Source: Squalus acanthias
Lineage: Eukaryota
Direction of reading: 5' to 3'
Assembly (NCBI GenBank): GCA_030390025.1
Contig: JASTWF010000331.1
Location: 62,001-126,000, forward strand
DNA length: 64,000 nucleotides
Shown piece after piece: positions 60,140-64,000 of this stretch (the first letter of the stretch is position 1; each line of letters begins with the position of its first letter). The notes under the pieces are model-generated. The model worked only from the letters and a program-made list of their open reading frames with translations. It did not search any database and had not been told where the DNA came from. Position numbers and translations under genes: made by a program.

Positions 60140-60870
60140 CCCCCCCCCTTCACTGGCCCAGGCCCCCGCCACCTCACTGGCCCACCCACCACCCCCTCCA
60201 CTGGCCCATCTCCCGCCACCTCACTGGCCCATCCCCCGCCACCTCACTGGCCCAGCCCACCGGCCACCTCACTGGCCCAGCCCCCCGCCACCTCACTGGC
60301 CCATCCCCCAGCCACCTCACTGGCCCAGCACCCCACCACCTCACAGGACCAGGCCCCCGCCACCTCACTGGCCCAGCCCCCCGCCACCTCACAGGCCCAT
60401 CCCCCAGCCACCTCACTGGCCCAGCACCCCGCCACCTCACTGGCCCAGATACCCGCCCCCTCCACTGGCCCAGATACCCGACCCCTCCACTGGCCCATCC
60501 CCCGCCACCTCACTGGCCCAGCACTCCGCCACCTCACTGGCCAAGATACCTGCCCCCTCCACTGGCCCATCCCCCAGCCACCTCACTGCCCCAGCCCCCA
60601 GCCACCTCACTGGCCCAGATACACGCCCCCTCCACCGGCCCAGCCCCCCCGCCACCTCACTGGCCCATCACCCAGCCACCTCACTGGGACACCAACCCAA
60701 CACCTCACTGGCGCAGATACCCACCCCCTCCAGTGACCCAAACCCTCGCCACCTCACTGGCCCAGGCCCCCGCCACCTCACTGTCCCAGATACCCACCCC
60801 CTCCACTAGCCCAGGCCCCCGCCGACCCCTCCGGCCCAGCACTCCGCACCCACCCACACTGGCCCAGGCC
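60140..60870. repeat. C-rich ~22-25-bp tandem repeat
   Basis: Unit ~CCCGCCACCTCACTGGCCCAGC. Confidence 0.9.
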
Positions 60871-60889
60871 TCCACACCCCACACTAACT

Positions 60890-62830
60890 AAAGAAGTTAA
60901 GGATAGCGTTAGATTCAAAGAAGAAGCTTATAATGTTGCAAAGAATAATAGTAAGTCTGAGGATTGGGAGAGTTTCAGAAACCAGCAAAGGTTGACCAAA
61001 AAATTGATAAGGGAAAAAATAGAATGAGAGAAAACTTGCAAGAAATATAAAAGCAGATTGTAAGAGCTTCTACAAGTATGTAAAAAGGAAGAGAGTAGTA
61101 AAAGTAAACGTTGGTCTCTTAGAGGCTGAGACAGGAGAAATTATTAAGGGGAATAAGGAAATGGCAGAAATCTTAAACAAATACTTTGTACCTGTCTTCA
61201 CAGTAGAAGACACACAAAGCAAACTAAAAATGGTGCGGAACCAAGTTTGAAAAACTAAACGTATTTAATATAAGTAGAGAAAAAGTACTAGAGAAACTAA
61301 TGGGACTAAAAGCCGACAAATCCCCTGGACCTAATGACATACATGCTAGGGTTCTAAAAGTGGTGGCTGAAGAGATAGTGGATGATTTGGTTTCGATCTT
61401 CCAAAACTCCCTAGATTCTAGAACGGATCCAGCGGATTGGAAGGTCGCAAATGTAACACCGCTATTCAAAAAGGAGGGAGAGAGAAAACAGGAAACTACA
61501 GGCCAGTTAGCCTGACATCCGTCGTCGGGAAAATGCTGGAATCCATTGTTAAGGAAGTTGTATCAGGGCACTTAAAAATCATAACATGATTAGGCAAAGT
61601 CAACATATTTTTATGAAAGGGAAATCGTGTTTGACAAATTAGAGTTTTTTGAGTATGTAACTAGCAGGGTAGATAAAGTGAAACCAGCGGATGTAGTATA
61701 TTTGGATTTTCCAAAGGCATTCGATAAGGTGCCACATAAAAGGTTATTACACAAAATTAGGGCTCATGGGGTTGGGGGTAATATAGCAGCATGGATAGAG
61801 GATTGGTTAACGGACAGAAAACAGAGAGTAGGGATAAACGGATCTTTTTCAGGTTGGCAGGGGTAACTAGTGGATCAGTATTGGAGCCTCAGCTATTTAC
61901 AATCTATATTAATGACCTAGATGAAGGGACCGAGTGTAATGTATCCAAGTTTGCTGACGATACGAATCTAGGTGGGACAGTAAGCTGTGAGGGGAACACA
62001 GAGTCTGCAAAGGGATATCGATAGACTAATTGAGTGGGCAGTAAGCTGCCAGATGCAGCATAATGTAAGGAAATGTGAGGAAGAATAGAAAAACAGAATA
62101 CGTTTTAAATGGTGAGAAACTTACAAATGTTGGTGTTTAGAGAGATTTGGGTGTCCTCGTGCAAGAAACACAGAAAGCTAGCATGCAGGTCCAGCAAGCA
62201 TAAGGAAGGCAATGGCATGTTGGCCTTCATTGCAAGGGGCTTGAAGTATAAGAGTAAGGAAGTCTTGCTACAATTGTACAGGGTATTGGTCAGACCACAC
62301 CTGGAGTACTGTGCACAGTTTTGGTCTCCTTATCTAAGGAAGGATATACTTGCCTTGGAGGCGGTGCAACGAAGGTTCACTAAATTGATGCCTGGGATGA
62401 GAGATTGTGTAGAATGGGCCTATCCTCTCTGGAGTTTAGAAGAATGAGAGGTGATCTCATTAAAACATACAAGATTCTGAAGGGATTGACAGGGTAGATG
62501 CTGAGAGGTTGTTTCCACTGGCTGGAGTGTCTAGAACTAGGGGGCATAGTCTCAGGATAAGGGGTAAGCCATTTAAGACTGAGATGAGGAGGAATTTCTT
62601 CACTCAGAGGGTTGTGAATCTTTGGAATTCTCTGCCCCAGGGGGCTGTGAATGCTGAGTCTTTGAGTACATTCAAGGCTGAGAGAGATAGATTTTTGGAC
62701 TCTCGGGGAATCCAGGGATATGGAGATCGGGCGGGAGAGTGGAGTTGAGGTCGATGATCAGCCATGATCTTATTGAATGGCGGAACAGGCTCGAGGGGCT
62801 GTGTGACCTACTCCTGCTCCTACTTCTGAT
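60890..62830 (+). mobile_element. CR1/HER1 LINE, 5'-truncated and frameshifted
   Basis: KSPGPNDIH, YLDFPKAFDKVPH, KFADD and RPHLEYC motifs, and a tail. Confidence 0.93.
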
Positions 62831-64000
62831 GTAATCACTATCTGACAATACTCCATATCTGCTGGTCACAGGCTATAGGTTGGTCTCTGAATCGTGTTCA
62901 ATGAATTGATTTTAATTAGTTTCCCTGTTCAATCTTTCCCCTTGATCTGTCACCAGACTGAAATATTTTAAACACTGAGATCTGATGGTGTCGGTGTGAG
63001 TTCAGCCCCACCTAACAAACAGACACGTGTCCATCTGCTGGGCTCTGCCCCAGACTCTACCCCAGAGTCACCTCTTAGATCAAACCCCTTTACTCAAAAA
63101 CATACACAAGATTTACTTGTGAATGTGTGTTTAGAGACAGAAACTGATCTCACTTCACATTTCATTGCACAGCCACATGCTGGATAATTGTGCTCAGTGG
63201 TCAGACACTCCCACTCTCATTCTCACCAATACCTGCCTCACTTTGTAACCTTTGTGTACTGTCTCCAGGACCAGTGTTTACCGGAGTTAATAAGACTTTC
63301 TCTGACCTTTCTCCCCAGTCGATCTCTGGAAGCTCTTGGAATCGGAAGGGTTCTCTCTGGTTGGTGTTCTCACAATCCTGTGCTGGTTCAACTGCTGCTG
63401 TTCCTCAGTCTACAATCACTGTTTACTTCCTGCTTTGGACCTTCCTCAATCACTCCGTCATTCACCGGGAGATCTAATTATTGCAGAGCAGAAAATGAGA
63501 ATATTGATTGAAAGCCTGAAATAATGTAATGTAGACTTTTTATCTGCTTACTAAAAATTAAATTTGAAGGCCGAGTACTTGTTTGATTTTGTCCCTTTCC
63601 TCAGATCACCAGTTCCGGGGCTGTGTGTTTAGTTTGGAGATTTTCCTCACAGTAAATTTTCACAGCTCTGGGCGGAAATGCGCCATTTTCTGTCCAAACT
63701 GCCTGAAGCCACCGCGCCCTCCACCCCCGGCCCAGCCCCTGTATTGTGAGCCGGTTCTGCTCATTCCCCGGGAGCTGATGCTGACAGGAATCTCCCCTCC
63801 GTTACAAACCGGGCCTGTTCCACTTTAACCTCCCTCCCTGTGATAAAACATTAGAACTCAGACTCCCCCATTTTCACTGCTGTAGACGGAAATGCGCCAT
63901 TTTCTCTGCGGTTACTAACCGGAGTGAGAGACTGTGAAGCCCCTCCGTCCCTCGCTGTGATCGAAACTCTGGGCCGTGAGCTGAATGGAGCCGAGTTCCC

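Noticed and set aside
60101..60736. Pro-rich 211-aa ORF
   Set aside because: A C-rich tandem repeat with drifting frame.

Overview
Vertebrate genomic DNA, very likely from a cartilaginous fish, judged from shark-type CR1/HER1 LINE tails, Penelope-like elements, an NLR gene and a GPR139-like receptor. The main feature is a minus-strand NLR innate-immune receptor gene. I spliced it by hand into 10 coding exons (54160 to 28013, all GT-AG, 2928 nt, 975 aa, no stops), encoding a CARD-like death fold, a NACHT domain and ribonuclease-inhibitor-type LRRs. Its LRR exons are 312-bp tandem modules with near-identical introns but variable ligand-face codons. A convergent two-exon class A GPCR (GPR139-like, 9325 to ~15900, +) carries three 1-nt frameshifts. 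Between the two genes lies a ~10.3-kb array of ~1.84-kb units, most carrying a fold-back Penelope terminal repeat with degenerate hammerhead-ribozyme cores on both strands. The rest is CR1/L2 debris, three Penelope-like elements (one with a 13-bp target-site duplication and a long RT/GIY-YIG ORF) and many minisatellites, two of them amplified from LINE RT coding sequence. Repeat boundaries are approximate and no database searches were run.
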